Of a stretch of DNA of 64,000 bases, positions 12,773 to 27,489 are shown piece by piece (position 1 is the stretch's first letter; each line of letters begins with the position of its first letter). The notes under the pieces are model-generated. The model was not told where the DNA came from, made no database searches, and saw only the letters and a list, made by a program, of their open reading frames with translations. Source of the DNA: Eledone cirrhosa (Eukaryota); contig OZ024763.1 in NCBI GenBank assembly GCA_964016885.1, positions 27,218,001 to 27,282,000 of the forward strand, in the 5' to 3' direction. A program made the position numbers and the translations under genes.

Positions 12773-13251
12773 CATTATCGAGCCCTCTTCAGATTTTAGT
12801 CTTCACATTCATTATTACCATACACATATATATGCGCGCGCGTGCGCGTGTGTGCGCGCGTGTGTGTGCGTGTGCGTATGTGTGTGTGTGTGCATGTGTA
12901 TGTATATATGTGTATATGTATGTATGAGCATATATTTTCTATGTTTGTGCGCGTGTGTATTTGTATGCATATATATATGTCTGAATTAATACATTCATCC
13001 ATATGCCCACTCACATACATACATGCATACATACATACACACATATATACATGTAGACATACCCACAAACAGGCACACTTTAGATTAAAAATTTACAATC
13101 AGAGAACTTAAAATCCTCTTGTAATCTCTTTGAGAGAATAATTATGTTATATATTATTGGATATCATTAGATGTCTTTAGTTCTCTGACACTGCAAAATA
13201 TTTCCAGCTTGAGATTAATGAAGAATGGTGCTACTTAACTGAAAAACCATA

Positions 13252-14216
13252 TTCCATGCTTTTAAATTATGTATTTCAAAACAAGAAATCCGTTTTGAAG
13301 TTCCTTAGAGTAGAGAAATAATATTTCGTTAAATAGGTGGTCTTTGAAGTGTTGGAACTCAGACCAAATACGGTGATAATGTGAAGATGGTGGGCGTTTT
13401 TTTTTTTCTAGTAGCTTCTGTAGAAAAACGAGAAATGAAGGAACATGGCTTAGTTGTTTGTGAATCCATGCTTTTAAATTCTGTATTTCAAAACAAGAAA
13501 TCCGTTTTGAAGTTCCTTAGAGTAGAGAAATAATATTTCGTTAAATAGGTGGTCTTTGAAGTGTTGGAACTCAGACCAAATACGGTGATAATGTGAAGAT
13601 GGTGGGCGTTTTTTTTTTTTCTAGTAGCTTCTGTAGAAAAACGAGAAATGAAGGAACATGGCTTAGTTGTTTGTGAATCCATGCTTTTAAATCCTGTATT
13701 TCAAAACAAGAAATCCGTTTTGAAGTTCCTTTATAAGATATCTTTGTCAGAATTTAATTCCTTGTAGATAAATACAAGACTTTTGTTTCAGACTAACGAA
13801 ATAATATTTCGTTAAATAGGTGGTCTTTGAAGTGTTGGAACTCAGACCAAATACGGTGATAATGTGAAGATGGTGGGCGTTTTTTTTTTCTAGTAGCTTC
13901 TGTAGAAAAACGAGAAATGAAGGAACATGGCTTAGTTGTTTGTGAATCCATGCTTTTAAATCCTGTATTTCAAAACAAGAAATCCGTTTTGAAGTTCTTT
14001 TATAAGATATCTTTGTCAGAATTTAATTCCTTGTAGATAAATACAAGACTTTTGTTTCAGACTAACGAAATAATATTCCGTTAAATAGGTGGTCTTTGAA
14101 GTGTTGGAACTCAGACCAAATACGGTGATAATAAGAAGGCGGTGGACGTTTTTTTTTTTCTAGTAGCTTCTGTAGAAAAACGAGAAGTGAAGGAACATGC
14201 CTTAGTTGTTTGTGAA
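13252..14216. repeat. Tandem repeat, 4 copies, units of ~214 and ~270 bp
   Basis: TCCATGCTTTTAAAT...GGTGGTCTTTGAAGTGTTGGAACTCAGACC recurs. The longer units carry an extra ~60-bp segment. Confidence 0.9.
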
Positions 14217-14540
14217 GTTGGGTTTGATTTCAGTTCAGGGTCGTGAGTTTAAGTCCTGAATTTGATCCTCGGATCTGAGTTGCGCGTTGAGTCGTTCAGC
14301 TCGAATTTTTTATTTGAAGTTGTTACAGTTAACAACAGGAGGCACGTGGCTAATGGTACGGATGTTGAATTTACGATAACGATGCTGAGGGATCGATTCC
14401 AAGCATTTCGCTTCACCCCAACCCCCACCCCACTCCCAATTTCACTCACACACACCAAATATATATATATATATATTTATTAAAATAAATTAAAGTTTAA
14501 GCAAAGAATCGCTACTTTAGTCTTCAAATTATTATTATTA

Positions 14541-14591
<51 letters not shown>

Positions 14592-14864
14592 AAAGCTTGT
14601 GCTGACCAAATATCGACAGGGAGTTCGTTGTTGGATTGTCTTTAATCATTAATCTCACCACATTCAGATCTGGACTTCGCTGTAAACACAGAAACCATAG
14701 AAAATAGGGATTATAGAAGAATTTATATATACATACATATATATATATATATAGACATATATATGCACACACACACACATATGAATATATGTATATATAT
14801 GTATATATATATATATTTATATGAATATATCTATCTATCTATATATATATACATATGAATATAT

Positions 14865-14936
<72 letters not shown>

Positions 14937-14991
14937 ATATATACACACACACATAGGTATACACACCTATATATATATATATATATATATA

Positions 14992-15212
14992 TATTAAGAC
15001 AGGGGGGAAGAAAAAATGGCTTCACTTGTGCTTTCAACAAATTTATTTTCTTCACAAAATCCAAAAAGAATTTTTCTTAAAAAAATTATTTTATAAACAA
15101 CTTAATTTATAAAATAATTTTTTTTAAGAAATATTCTTTTGGGATTTTGTGAAGAAAATAAATTTGTTGAAAGCACAAGTGAAGCCATTTTTTCTTCCCC
15201 CCTGTCTTAATA
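14992..15212. mobile_element. Fold-back palindrome in (TA)n with a degenerate hammerhead-like core
   Basis: Near-perfect inverted arms centred at ~15100. GTGAAGA-aaataa(at)ttgtt-GAAAGC near 15149-15175. Confidence 0.6.
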
Positions 15213-15373
15213 TACCTAACTGTACCAAGGATTACACACATTTTCCAATATATATATATATATATATATATAAGCAAAAGGGTATATTTAATGTGTTGGT
15301 AATTCAACAAATATATATGTTTATAACTGACTCGAAGCACTCGACAGCTTTTCTGGAGTATAATATTCAAGTA

Positions 15374-15404
<31 letters not shown>

Positions 15405-15440
15405 GTACACTCATATAACACATATATATATACATACACC

Positions 15441-15492
<52 letters not shown>

Positions 15493-15795
15493 CACTCATA
15501 TAACACATATATATATACATACATACACCTATATACATACACTCATATAACACATATATATATATACATACACCTATATACATATATATATATATATATA
15601 TTGGTAAACGGAATAGAAAATGCTGACAAATTGTTCACAGTTGAAAAATGGTTTAATTAGGAATAAAAGAGTATTAGTGATTGTATGGGTTAGTATTCAG
15701 TTGTGGTTTTAAGTTTTTAAGTTTTTACCGGTTGCGCATTTCTAAATGCTTTTCAAAAATAATTTTGAGATAGAGTGTCCGTGCTGTTTGCTCTG

Positions 15796-15865
<70 letters not shown>

Positions 15866-16049
15866 CACATATAACACATATACATGCACACACACACACC
15901 TATAAACTATAAACACACATACTCACATAGTTACACACATACATGCTAGAGTTGATAACATACATATATCCATAATCCATCTATACATATATACATATAT
16001 ACATACATGCCTACAAATATACATCCATACATACATCGATATATACATG

Positions 16050-16960
16050 AATACATACATATATATACATACATATATACTTACATACATGCACACGTAT
16101 ACATACATATATACTTACATACATACACACATACACATACATATATACTTACATACATACATCATACACTCACACATACATATATACTTACATACATACA
16201 CACATATACATACATATATACTTACATGCATACATCATACGCACACACATACATATATACTTACATACATACACATACATATATACTTACATACATACAT
16301 CATACGCACACACATACATATATACTTACATACATACACACATATACATACATATATACTTACATACATACATCATACGCACACACATACACATATACTT
16401 ACATACATACACACATATACATACATATATATACTTACATACATACATCATACGCACACACATACATATATACTTACATACATACACATATATACATACA
16501 TATATATATACTTACATACATACATCTTACACACACACATACATATATACTTACATACATACACACATATACATACATATATACTTACATACATACATCA
16601 TACACACACACAAACCTATATACTTACATACATACACACATATACATACATATATACTTACATACATACATCATACACACACACGAACCTATATACTTAC
16701 ATACATACACACATATACATACATATATACTTACATGCATACATCATACGCACACACATACATATATTCTTACATACATACACATACATATATACTTACA
16801 TAAATACATCATACACACACACATACATATATACTTACATACATACACACATATACATACATATATACTTACATACATACATCATACACACACACACACA
16901 CCTATATACTTACATACATATACACTTACATACATATATACTTACATACATACATCATAC
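16050..16960. repeat. ACAT-derived minisatellite (CATATATACTTACATACATAC core)
   Basis: More than 20 recurrences of ATACTTACAT, alternating two variants. Confidence 0.85.
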
Positions 16961-17242
16961 AGGCATACATACACACATACACACAAACATATACTACACA
17001 CTCAAACACACACACACACACACAGACAAGGGTTGATAACCCGTCTTATGTTGTGCCTGTGTTAATTAGAATGTTTAAAATGGAGTCTTTATGTCTTTTC
17101 CAGATAAATTGTTATTCTCGCCACAATATATTATTGATCAAGCTAAAAATTAAAGCCGCCAGAGTCGCCATAATATAGTGTAGCAACAGACATCATCCAG
17201 CCGCAGCTGTCGCCATCATGCGTGATTCTACTGTCAGTGTAG

Positions 17243-17320
<78 letters not shown>

Positions 17321-17385
17321 CACAAGCAACGCACCCATGCACGCACGCGCACATCAACACACACATATATACACTCACGTACACT

Positions 17386-17504
17386 CCGTAAGGATGAAAG
17401 GCAAAGTTAACCTCGGCAGAATTTGAACTCAGACCGTAAAGGACCGTAACTTTATGCTGTAAAGCATGGCGTGCGACACCCTACCGATACTGCCAATGCA
17501 CCAC
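17386..17504 (-). mobile_element. SINE family 1 (partial)
   Basis: Reverse complement of the 223-388 consensus. Confidence 0.8.
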
Positions 17505-17505
17505 C

Positions 17506-17552
<47 letters not shown>

Positions 17553-17554
<2 letters not shown>

Positions 17555-17958
17555 GGAACACAATGGACTTGACCTGGTGGTTTTGGACAAAGAAAAAAGA
17601 TCGTGCCTGATTGTGGATTTGGCCTGCCCATTCTACACGAGAGTGCAAGAGAAGGAGAGGGAGAAAATTAACCGATACCAGGACTTAAAGTGGGAGGTAA
17701 AAAGGATTTGGAACTGCCATGAAGTCAAAGTGGTCCCGATTGTCATAGACGCACTAGGTACTATCTCAAAGAGTTTCCAGGGATGGTTAAAGAAAATTGG
17801 CCTCGCCCCGCTTTTTGGAACACTTCAAAAGGCATGCTTGCTGGGAACAGCAAGAACCCTCCGATACGTCCTGAATAACTGAGGCTGTAGGTAGTGGCTT
17901 GATATTCATTTCAACAAACTTTCCAGATAACTAACATCAATGACTGAGACTCAAAGAA
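17553..17958 (+). mobile_element. 5'-truncated RLE-type LINE (Dong/R4-like) 3' end
   Basis: DLVVLDKEKRSCLIVDLACPF..EKINRYQDL (PD-(D/E)xK endonuclease region) and a 3' UTR. Homologous to 19292-19693 and flanked by (TAA)n. Confidence 0.85.
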
Positions 17959-17984
17959 CAATAATAATAATAATAATAATAATA

Positions 17985-19693
17985 TGTATGAAGTCCTGGG
18001 AAACAGATTTAACATCGGGTGGAGAATCCTTGGGAGGCGTGAAGATCAAGAGAGGTATCTTCCAGGGAGATAGTCTGTCCCCTCTGTTTTTGTCCTTGCC
18101 CTGATACCCCTGACCATTATATTGCGAAAAGTGAGAGCAGGATACAAGTTGAGAAAAGGAGAGCTTACCATCAACCACCTCCTCTTCATGGACAATCTTA
18201 AACTCTTTGGGAAAAGTGAGAAGGAGTTGGATGTACTTGTTAACACTGTCCGTATTTTCAGCAGTGATATATGTATGCAATTTGGTATTAATAAGTGTGG
18301 AGTTTTAGTGATGAAGAGGGGTAAATTGAGCAGAAGCAACGGAATCCAGGTACCAACAGGTGAGATGATAAAGGAAATTGACACTGAAGAAGGATACACA
18401 TATTTAGGTGTTCTGGAGGCAGATGACATCAAGAACAAAAAAATAAAGGAATTGATAAGATCTGAGTACATTAGGAGAGTAAGGAGCGTATTAAAATCAC
18501 ATCTAAATAGGAATGTCATAAGTGCAGTGAATTCCCGAGCTGTATCTATTATTAGGTACAGTGTGGGAATTCTGAAACGGAATGTTGCTGAACAAAGAGA
18601 AATGGATAGGAAGACTAGGAAGCTATTGACTATCTACAACATGTTCCACAAGAGGAGTGATGTCGATAGACTCTACTTAAAGAGATCTGAAGGTGGAAGA
18701 GGTCTTATCAGCATAGAGGACTGTGTTCAGATGGAGAAAAACAACCTGTACAAATACGTGACTGACAGAAGGGAGCTAATGCTCAGAATTGTACTGAAGG
18801 AGAGAACAATAGACCAGGGGATGTCCAAGGAGGAAATAAAAACAAGGAGGAAGACCAACCATCATGAAAAATCCCTTCATCGTACCTTCTTTGAGAAAAC
18901 TGAATTCAGAGATCCACAGACATGGAACTAGTTAAAAAGAGGAGACTTTAAAAAGGCTACAGAAGGAATGCTAATGGCTGCGCAAGAGCAGGCACTCAAA
19001 ACGAAGTAGGTGAAACACCATATTTACAAGGTGGAGGCTAGCCCACTGTGTAGGATCTGTGGAGAGAGAGGAGACTGTGGCTCACATTGTATCCGAGTCT
19101 AAACACCTAGCCCAGACTCACTATAAAGGCTGGAGACATGATGTGATGGGCAAGGTGATCCACTGGCACCTATGCAAAGTAAACAATTTACCACATTCTG
19201 AGAAGTGGTATGAGCATAAGCCAGAGTCGGTGATAGAAAACGATCAGGTGAAGGTGCTGTGGGATTTTAGGATACAGACGGATAAGAAACTGGAACACAA
19301 TAGGCCTGACCTGGTGGTTTTGGACAAGGAAAACAGATCGTGCCTGATTGTAGATGTAGCCAGCCCATTTGACACGAGAGTGCAAGAAAAGGAGAGGGAG
19401 AAAATTAACCGATACCAGGACGTAACGTGGGAGGTAAAAAGGATTTGGAACTGCCATGAAGTCAGAATCGTCCTGATTGTCATAGGCACACTAGGTACTA
19501 TCTCAAAGAGTTTCCAAGTATGGTTAAAGAAAGTTAGTCCAGCCCCGCTTTTTGGAACACTTCAAAAGGCATGCTTGCTGGGAACAGCAAGAAACCCCCG
19601 ATACGTCCTGAATATCTGAGGCTGCAGGTAGCGGCTTGATATTCATTTCAACAAACTTTCCAGTTAAATAACATCAATGACTGAGACTCAAAG
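17985..19693 (+). pseudogene. Dong/R4-like non-LTR retrotransposon ORF (RT, CCHC knuckle, RLE), 5'-truncated and disrupted
   Basis: RT motifs KRGIFQGDSLSPL, INHLLFMDNLKLF and YTYLGV; CRICGEREETVAHIVS; RPDLVVLD..IVDVASPFD..EKINRY. Contains in-frame stops (18929, ~19007) and frameshifts, and sits in (TAA)n. Confidence 0.9.
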
Positions 19694-19704
19694 AATAATA
19701 ATAA

Positions 19705-19892
19705 TTGTTTCTACTTTTGGCACAAGGCCAGCAATTATCCCAGTGCATTACTGATACTTTATTTTATCGACCCCGTAAAGATGAAAGGCAAAGTTAACCT
19801 CGGCGGGATTTGAACTCAGAATGGCAAGAGCCGTAACTCTATGCGTCAAAGCATGGTGTCCGATCCTCTACCGATACTGCCAATCCACCGCC
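19705..19892 (-). mobile_element. SINE family 1
   Basis: Full-length reverse copy. Confidence 0.85.
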
Positions 19893-20092
19893 CTAAAGAA
19901 TAATAATAATAATAACATATCACTGTTTTAATTGTATTCAACTCCTGGGGATAATTGCATTCGAATAAAGTGATAAATAATAAGAGAAGTACCAACTGAA
20001 AACCATCTTTTAAAACTAACATTTCCGATAGCAAAGAAATTGCAAAAAAAAAAATGTAAAAACAACAACAGCAACAATAACAACAACCAAAC

Positions 20093-20125
<33 letters not shown>

Positions 20126-21012
20126 TACAGAAAATAACAAGAAAAATAAATATAATTAAACTAACAAAAACCAAAAACAAAACAAAAGAAATATGAAATT
20201 AGCTTCGAAAAACACCACAGAAAAAAAATAGATACACAAAAAAACATAGCATAAACTATATGGAAAATATATTTTACATGAAATCAAATTTATTTGCAAG
20301 AAAAATGAAAAAAAAATGAAATTGAAAAAATATTAAATTCAACAGCTACAAACACACACACACACAAACACACACACACATATATATACACATATATACA
20401 CATACACACACATACACACACATACACACACAAACACACACACAAAATTCGAAAACACACACATACACACATACACGCACACACATACAGACACACACTC
20501 ACACACACATACAAAATCGAAAACACACTCATACACACACACACAGACAGACACACACAAAATTAGAAAACAGCAACAACAACGATAATAACAAAAATAA
20601 TTACGATAACTTATCTTCGTTAGCATTAATGAAATGCTATGACGTCATACAGAAGGGGAGATAATTAATGATGGGATCAAGTAACCGACTAGAAACGCCA
20701 TTATGATTATATTCATAACAAGGAATTTAATATTTCTCATCTTTGGATCATCGTCTAAGGAATTTTCTGCGAATTAATAAGGGTTTTTAATTAAGGCACA
20801 TGGCCAGCAATTTGGTTGGTCGTGTATCTTGAGTAATGACCGAAAAAATACGATCATTAATAAAGGTTAAAGGCCCCCTTCGGTCACGAATGACCATGGT
20901 ATGTCGCCCATACCATCTCCACACCATCGATGTTGTCCAAGGGAAAGGCAATGGCCGATACAGCTTGACACTAGTGACATCGCAACATACACTACACACA
21001 CATATATACATA

Positions 21013-21356
21013 TCATCATCATCATCATCATCATTTTACGTCCACTTTTCCCTGCTTGCAAGGGTGGGACGGGAACTGATTCTGGCTTGATTTCTACAGC
21101 TGGATACCCTTTCTAACACCAACCTCATTTACAGTGAGTGCTGGGTGCTTTTTTTGCCGTGGCACCTCCACGACCACTTTGCAGTGGAATGATAGGGACC
21201 CCAGACCCTATCATCTCCTTTCTACAGCTGAGTAAACTGGAGCAATGTGAAATAAAGTGTCTTGCTCAAGGAAACAACACATCACCCGGTCTGAGGAGAA
21301 TTGAACTCACTTTCGATTGCAAGGCCAATCCTCTAACCACTAAGCCATGTGCCTCC

Positions 21357-21357
<1 letters not shown>
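21013..21357 (-). mobile_element. Composite SINE, family 2 (tRNA head, conserved core, RTE-like tail with (ATG)n)
   Basis: Homologous to 53311-53640 and 62577-62908. A box TGGCTTAGTGG and B box GTTCAATTC. Confidence 0.85.
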
Positions 21358-21387
<30 letters not shown>

Positions 21388-21574
21388 CACACACACACAC
21401 ACACACACCTTTAAGGGTGAAAGCAGCGATTCTTTGCTTAAACTTTAATCTGTTATTTTAATAAATATTTGCTCTACGGTTCTTATATATTTGATATATA
21501 TTTATCCTTATCGAGCCCTCTTTGGATTTTAGTCTCCAAATTTATTATTATTACTATAAATATATATATATAAA

Positions 21575-21900
21575 TTAACTATGGAGATATAAAAGATACA
21601 GAAGCGAAAACCAACCCAAACCAAACAGTGAGTCTGTTCTGTTATTATTTCTGGCAATATTACAACAATATGACCCTCCCCAAGTATAACAATATTTGTT
21701 ACGACACACGATTTCATATTAAAAACCTTGCAAAAGAAATATATATATATATTGTTATACTTGGGGAGGGTCATATTGTTGTAATAATATTGCCAGAATT
21801 AATAACAGAACACACTCACTGTTTGGTTGATTTTCGCTTCTGTATCTTTTATATCAGTTAATTCATTCGGTCCTCAATGTTTACCATTGACTGTTTTCTG
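21575..21900. mobile_element. PLE-like family C tails in tail-to-tail orientation around a short TA tract
   Basis: ATGACCCTCCCCAAGTATAACAAT on + at 21670, with its reverse complement at ~21751-21775. Confidence 0.7.
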
Positions 21901-22465
<565 letters not shown>

Positions 22466-22473
22466 TATATATA

Positions 22474-22546
<73 letters not shown>

Positions 22547-22868
22547 AATCAAAACAACAGTTGGTTTTTACACATTTATCCCAAGTATCAAGATGACCAT
22601 GAAGATATTATTGCCCTAATGTTTGCAAAACAACACAATAGCAAGGACACACAAAAACAAAATAACGAAAACAGATTCATGTAGTAAAACTCATCGGAGC
22701 TTGAAAAAGAAATATGAGAAGGAAGAAAAATGATCCGTTTATCAGAGGTGGTTGGCCAGGATGGAGAGGGAAGGGTCTCAACTAAACGGTTTGGTATAAT
22801 TGGTTATTTCTTTGAATGCATAACATACACTTACACATGCACACAAACATACATACTCAAACACACAC

Positions 22869-22899
<31 letters not shown>

Positions 22900-22954
22900 T
22901 ATATGTATGTAATATATATGTATATATATATATATATATGTGTATGTGTATATA

Positions 22955-23007
<53 letters not shown>

Positions 23008-23046
23008 ATATATATATATATATATGTGTATATATATATATATATA

Positions 23047-23163
<117 letters not shown>

Positions 23164-23212
23164 ATATATATATATATCTGTATATATATATGTGCGTATA
23201 TATATATATATA

Positions 23213-23254
<42 letters not shown>

Positions 23255-23271
23255 TGTATGTAATATATATG

Positions 23272-23303
<32 letters not shown>

Positions 23304-23401
23304 ATACTTATGAAGAGATATAGACACATTTCTATAGAAATATATACCTACAGGCAGAGATATATCCATACATCCATGTGTACATACCTCCATGCATGCA
23401 T

Positions 23402-23467
<66 letters not shown>

Positions 23468-23651
23468 GAACATACATGCATACATATATACCTATGTTCA
23501 TACATACAAATATGCATGTATACATACTTACATACATACATGCATGAATATGTGCATACATATATGTATACAAATATATATATATACACATACACACATA
23601 CAAACAAACATACATACATGTAAACATTCCTACATACATACATACATATAA

Positions 23652-23836
23652 TTGTTTCTACTTTAAGCACAAGGCCAGCAATTACCCAGTACATTACTGG
23701 TACTTTATTTTATCGACCCCGTAAGGATGAAAGTCAAAGTTAACCTCGGCGGGATTTGAACTCAGATTGTAAAGGGACGTAACTATGCTAGAAAGCATGG
23801 CGTCCAACCCTCTACCGATACTGCCAATTCACCGCC
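23652..23836 (-). mobile_element. SINE family 1
   Basis: Full-length reverse copy. Confidence 0.85.
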
Positions 23837-24289
23837 ATTACATACATATATATACATATAAACCTGCATACTCCATACATACATGGATACATACACATAC
23901 ACACATACATATATACACACACAACATGCATACATGTATGCATGCATACATATATACATACAAACATACATACATAGATACACACATATACACATATACA
24001 CACATATATACATATATACACATACACATACACACATGTATATACACATGTGCCATCACGTAATTAATACGTTATTAGCAACTGTTCGAATCTTAATTAG
24101 TTTAAGACGGGTTCGTATTGTAAGACATATGATACCCTCAAAGCAATTAATTGCGTCATTGAAAATATCTATTCAGCATCCAGAGAATACTTTAACATTC
24201 ATACTCTTCCCACTTATTGACTCCCTTGAATGTCTTCGCTTTCCACGTGTTTACTTGCATTTGCTAGCTTTTCTTTTTCTTGATTTCGT

Positions 24290-25290
24290 TGCCTTTCCTT
24301 GGTTTCTTTCTTGGTTTTATGTTGGTTTTATGTTGGTTTTTCTTGGTTTTTTCTTGTTTTTCTTCTTCTTGGTTTTATCTTGGTTTTATCTTGGTTTTAT
24401 CTTGATTTTAACTTGGTTTTAACTTGGTTTTAACTTGGTTTTAACTTGGTTTTAACTTGGTTTTAATTTGGTTTTAACTTGGTTTTAACTTGTTTTTTTC
24501 TTGGTTTTCCTGCCATTTTTGTTAAGCTTCTTTTTGCCAAGTCCTTGCTTTCTCCTTGCTTTTCTTAGCCTTTTCCGTCTTTTTTGGCAAGTCTTTGCTT
24601 TTCCTTGCCATTTTCTTCCTTCTTCTTGCCAAGTCCTTGCTTTTCCTTGCTTCTTGCCAAATCGTTGCTTTTCCTTGCCTTTTCCTTCTTCTTGCCAAAT
24701 CCTTGCATTTCCTTGCCTTTTTTCTTCCTTCTTCTTGCCAAGTCCTTGCTTTTCCTTGCCTTTCTTACCTTGTCCTTGCTTTTCATGGCCTTTTCCTTCT
24801 TGACAAGTTCTTGATTTTCCTTGCTTTTCTTTTCCTTTTCCTTCCTTCTTGCCTTTCCTTGCTTCTTGTTGCCATGTCCTTCCTTTTGTTGTCTTGCTAC
24901 TGCCTTTTTTTGCAGTTCCTTGTCATATCCTTAGTGTTCCTTGTATTTCTTTGCTTCTCCTTGTCATATCCTTGCTTTTATTATCTTGTTCCTGTCTTTT
25001 CTTTGCAGTTCCTTGTCATATCCTTGGTGTTCCTTGCATTTCTTTGCTTCTCCTTGACATATCCTTATTTTCCTTGCTTTTATTGAATATCCTTGCTTTT
25101 TTCTTCCTTCTTCTAACCAAGTCCTTGCATTTGATCTCTTGTCGTTGCCTTTCCTTGCTGGTCCCTGGCTTGTCTTTGCCTCTTCTTCCCAAGTCCTTGA
25201 TATTTCTTGCTATGCCCTTGCTTTTGTTGTTTTGTTTTTGCATTCATTTGCTATTTTGCAGTTCCTTACCAAATCCTTACTGCACCATAC
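24290..25290. repeat. Decayed pyrimidine-rich repeat, including an 11-bp (AACTTGGTTTT)n stretch at ~24408-24495
   Basis: Direct inspection. Confidence 0.8.
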
Positions 25291-25309
25291 CAAGGCTTTT
25301 ATTTCATAC

Positions 25310-27050
25310 CGTCTAGTGGCACATCTAGTCACATCTGCCGGCACATCAAGTTACACCTTGCAGTGCATTTAACTACATCTCCCATAACATCTTGTTACAT
25401 TTAGCGGCACATCTAGTTACATCTGGTGACGCATCTAGTTACATCTAGCAGTGCACCTAGTTACATTTGGTGACACATTTAGTTACATCTGGTGACACAT
25501 CTAGTTACATCTAATGACACATCTAGTGACACATATAGTTACATCTAGCAGTGCATTTAACTACATCTCCCATAACATCTTGTTACATTTAGCGGCACAT
25601 CTAGTTATATCTGGTGACGCATCTAGTTACATCTAGCAGTGCACCTAGTTAGATTTGGTGACACATTTAATTACATCTGGTGACACATCTAGTTACATCT
25701 AATGACACATCTAGTGACACATCTAGTTACATCTAGTGACACATCTAGTTACATCTGGTGACATAATCTAGTTACATCTGGTGACATAATCTAGTTACAT
25801 CTGGTGACACGTCTAGTTACATCTGGTGACACATCTAGTTACATCTAGCAGTGCACCTAGTTACATTTAGTGACACACCTAGTTACATCTAGCACTGCAC
25901 CTAGTTACATTTAGTGACACATCTAGTTACATCTAGCAGTGCACCTAGTTACATTTAGTGACACATCTAGTTACATCTAGCAGTGCACCTAGTTACATTT
26001 AGTGACACATCTAGTTACATCTAGCAGTGCACCTAGTTACATTTAGTGACACACCTAGTTACATCTAGCAGTGCACCTAGTTACATTTAGTGACACACCT
26101 AGTTACATCTAGCAGTGCACCTAGTTACATTTAGTGACACACCTAGTTACATCTAGCAGTGCACCTAGTTACATTTAGTGACACATCTAGTTACATCTAG
26201 CAGTGCACCTAGTTACATTTAGTGACACATCTAGTTACATCTAGCAGTGCACCTAGTTACATTTAGTGACACATCCAGTTACATCTAGCAGTGCACCTAG
26301 TTACATTTAGTGACACATCTAGTTACATCTAGCAGTGCACCTAGTTACATTTAGTGACACACCTAGTTACATCTAGCAGTGCACCTAGTTACATTTAGTG
26401 AAGCACCTAGTTACATCTAGCACTGCACCTAGTTACATTTAGTGACACATCTAGTTACATCTAGCAGTGCACCTAGTTACATTTAGTGACACATCTAGTT
26501 ATATCTAGCAGTGCACCTAGTTACATTTAGTGACACACCTAGTTACATCTAGCAGTGCACCTAGTTACATTTAGTGACACATCTAGTTACATCTAGCAGT
26601 GCACCTAGTTACATTTAGTGACACATCTAGTTACATCTAGCAGTGCACCTAGTTACATTTAGTGACACATCTAGTTACATCTAGCAGTGCACCTAGTTAC
26701 ATTTAGTGACACATCTAGTTACATCTAGCAGTGCACCTAGTTACATTTAGTGACACATCTAGTTACATCTAGCAGTGCACCTAGTTACATTTAGTGACAC
26801 ATCTAGTTACATCTAGCAGTGCACCTAGTTACATTTAGTGACACATCTAGTTACATCTAGCAGTGCACCTAGTTACATTTAGTGACACATCTAGTTACAT
26901 CTAGCAGTGCACCTAGTTACATTTAGTGATACATCTAGTTACATCTAGCAGTGCACCTAGTTACATTTAGTGACACACCTAGTTACATCTAGCAGTGCAC
27001 CTAGTTACATTTAGTGACACATCTAGTTATATCTTGCGCGACATTTAGTT
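25310..27050. repeat. 44-bp minisatellite (ACATCTAGCAGTGCACCTAGTTACATTTAGTGACACATCTAGTT)n, about 27 homogeneous units plus decayed flanks
   Basis: Homogeneous from ~25841 to ~27030. Built from CTAGTTACAT-like subunits. Confidence 0.95.
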
Positions 27051-27051
27051 A

Positions 27052-27226
27052 CCATGATTCCCGGCGTCGAAGGCGCTGCGTCCTCGAGGACGGAGGACGC
27101 ACCCTAATTTTGACAACCAAAAATTGTAAAAATAGATAATAAACAACCTTTGGCCTCCAGGACGCATGGTAGATTTTTTAGACTTATTTTAGGAAAAAGT
27201 AGTGTTTTCGACGCCGGGAAATACGG
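27052..27226. mobile_element. Tc1/mariner-superfamily (Tc2/pogo-like) MITE
   Basis: Imperfect TIRs CCATGATTCCCGGCGTCGAA / TTCGACGCCGGGAAATACGG, with TA on both sides. Confidence 0.8.
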
Positions 27227-27489
27227 TATATCTGGTGGCATTTCTAGTCACATCTCGCCACATCTCGCGGCGAATCTAGTTACATCCCACAATGAATATC
27301 AATGCTCCGCAGTGGCGCCGCACGGTTAAGTATCCACGGGTCTATCTATGGGTCTATCCACGGGTCTATCCACGGGTCTATCCACGGGTCTATCTATGGT
27401 TGGTATAGAAAACCTCAGTGTACACAACGCTGGGGACTTCATAAGTTCATCACTGTCACTATACCTACAGCAACCTATGTATGGAAGAG

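Noticed and set aside
24184-25404. Hydrophobic multi-pass membrane-like ORFs
   Set aside because: They arise from a decayed CT/T-rich repeat that is open in several frames.
25841-27030. Possible CRISPR array (also 51195-52090 and 29760-30090)
   Set aside because: The units are contiguous or separated only by TA, with no unique spacers and no cas genes, in a eukaryotic context.
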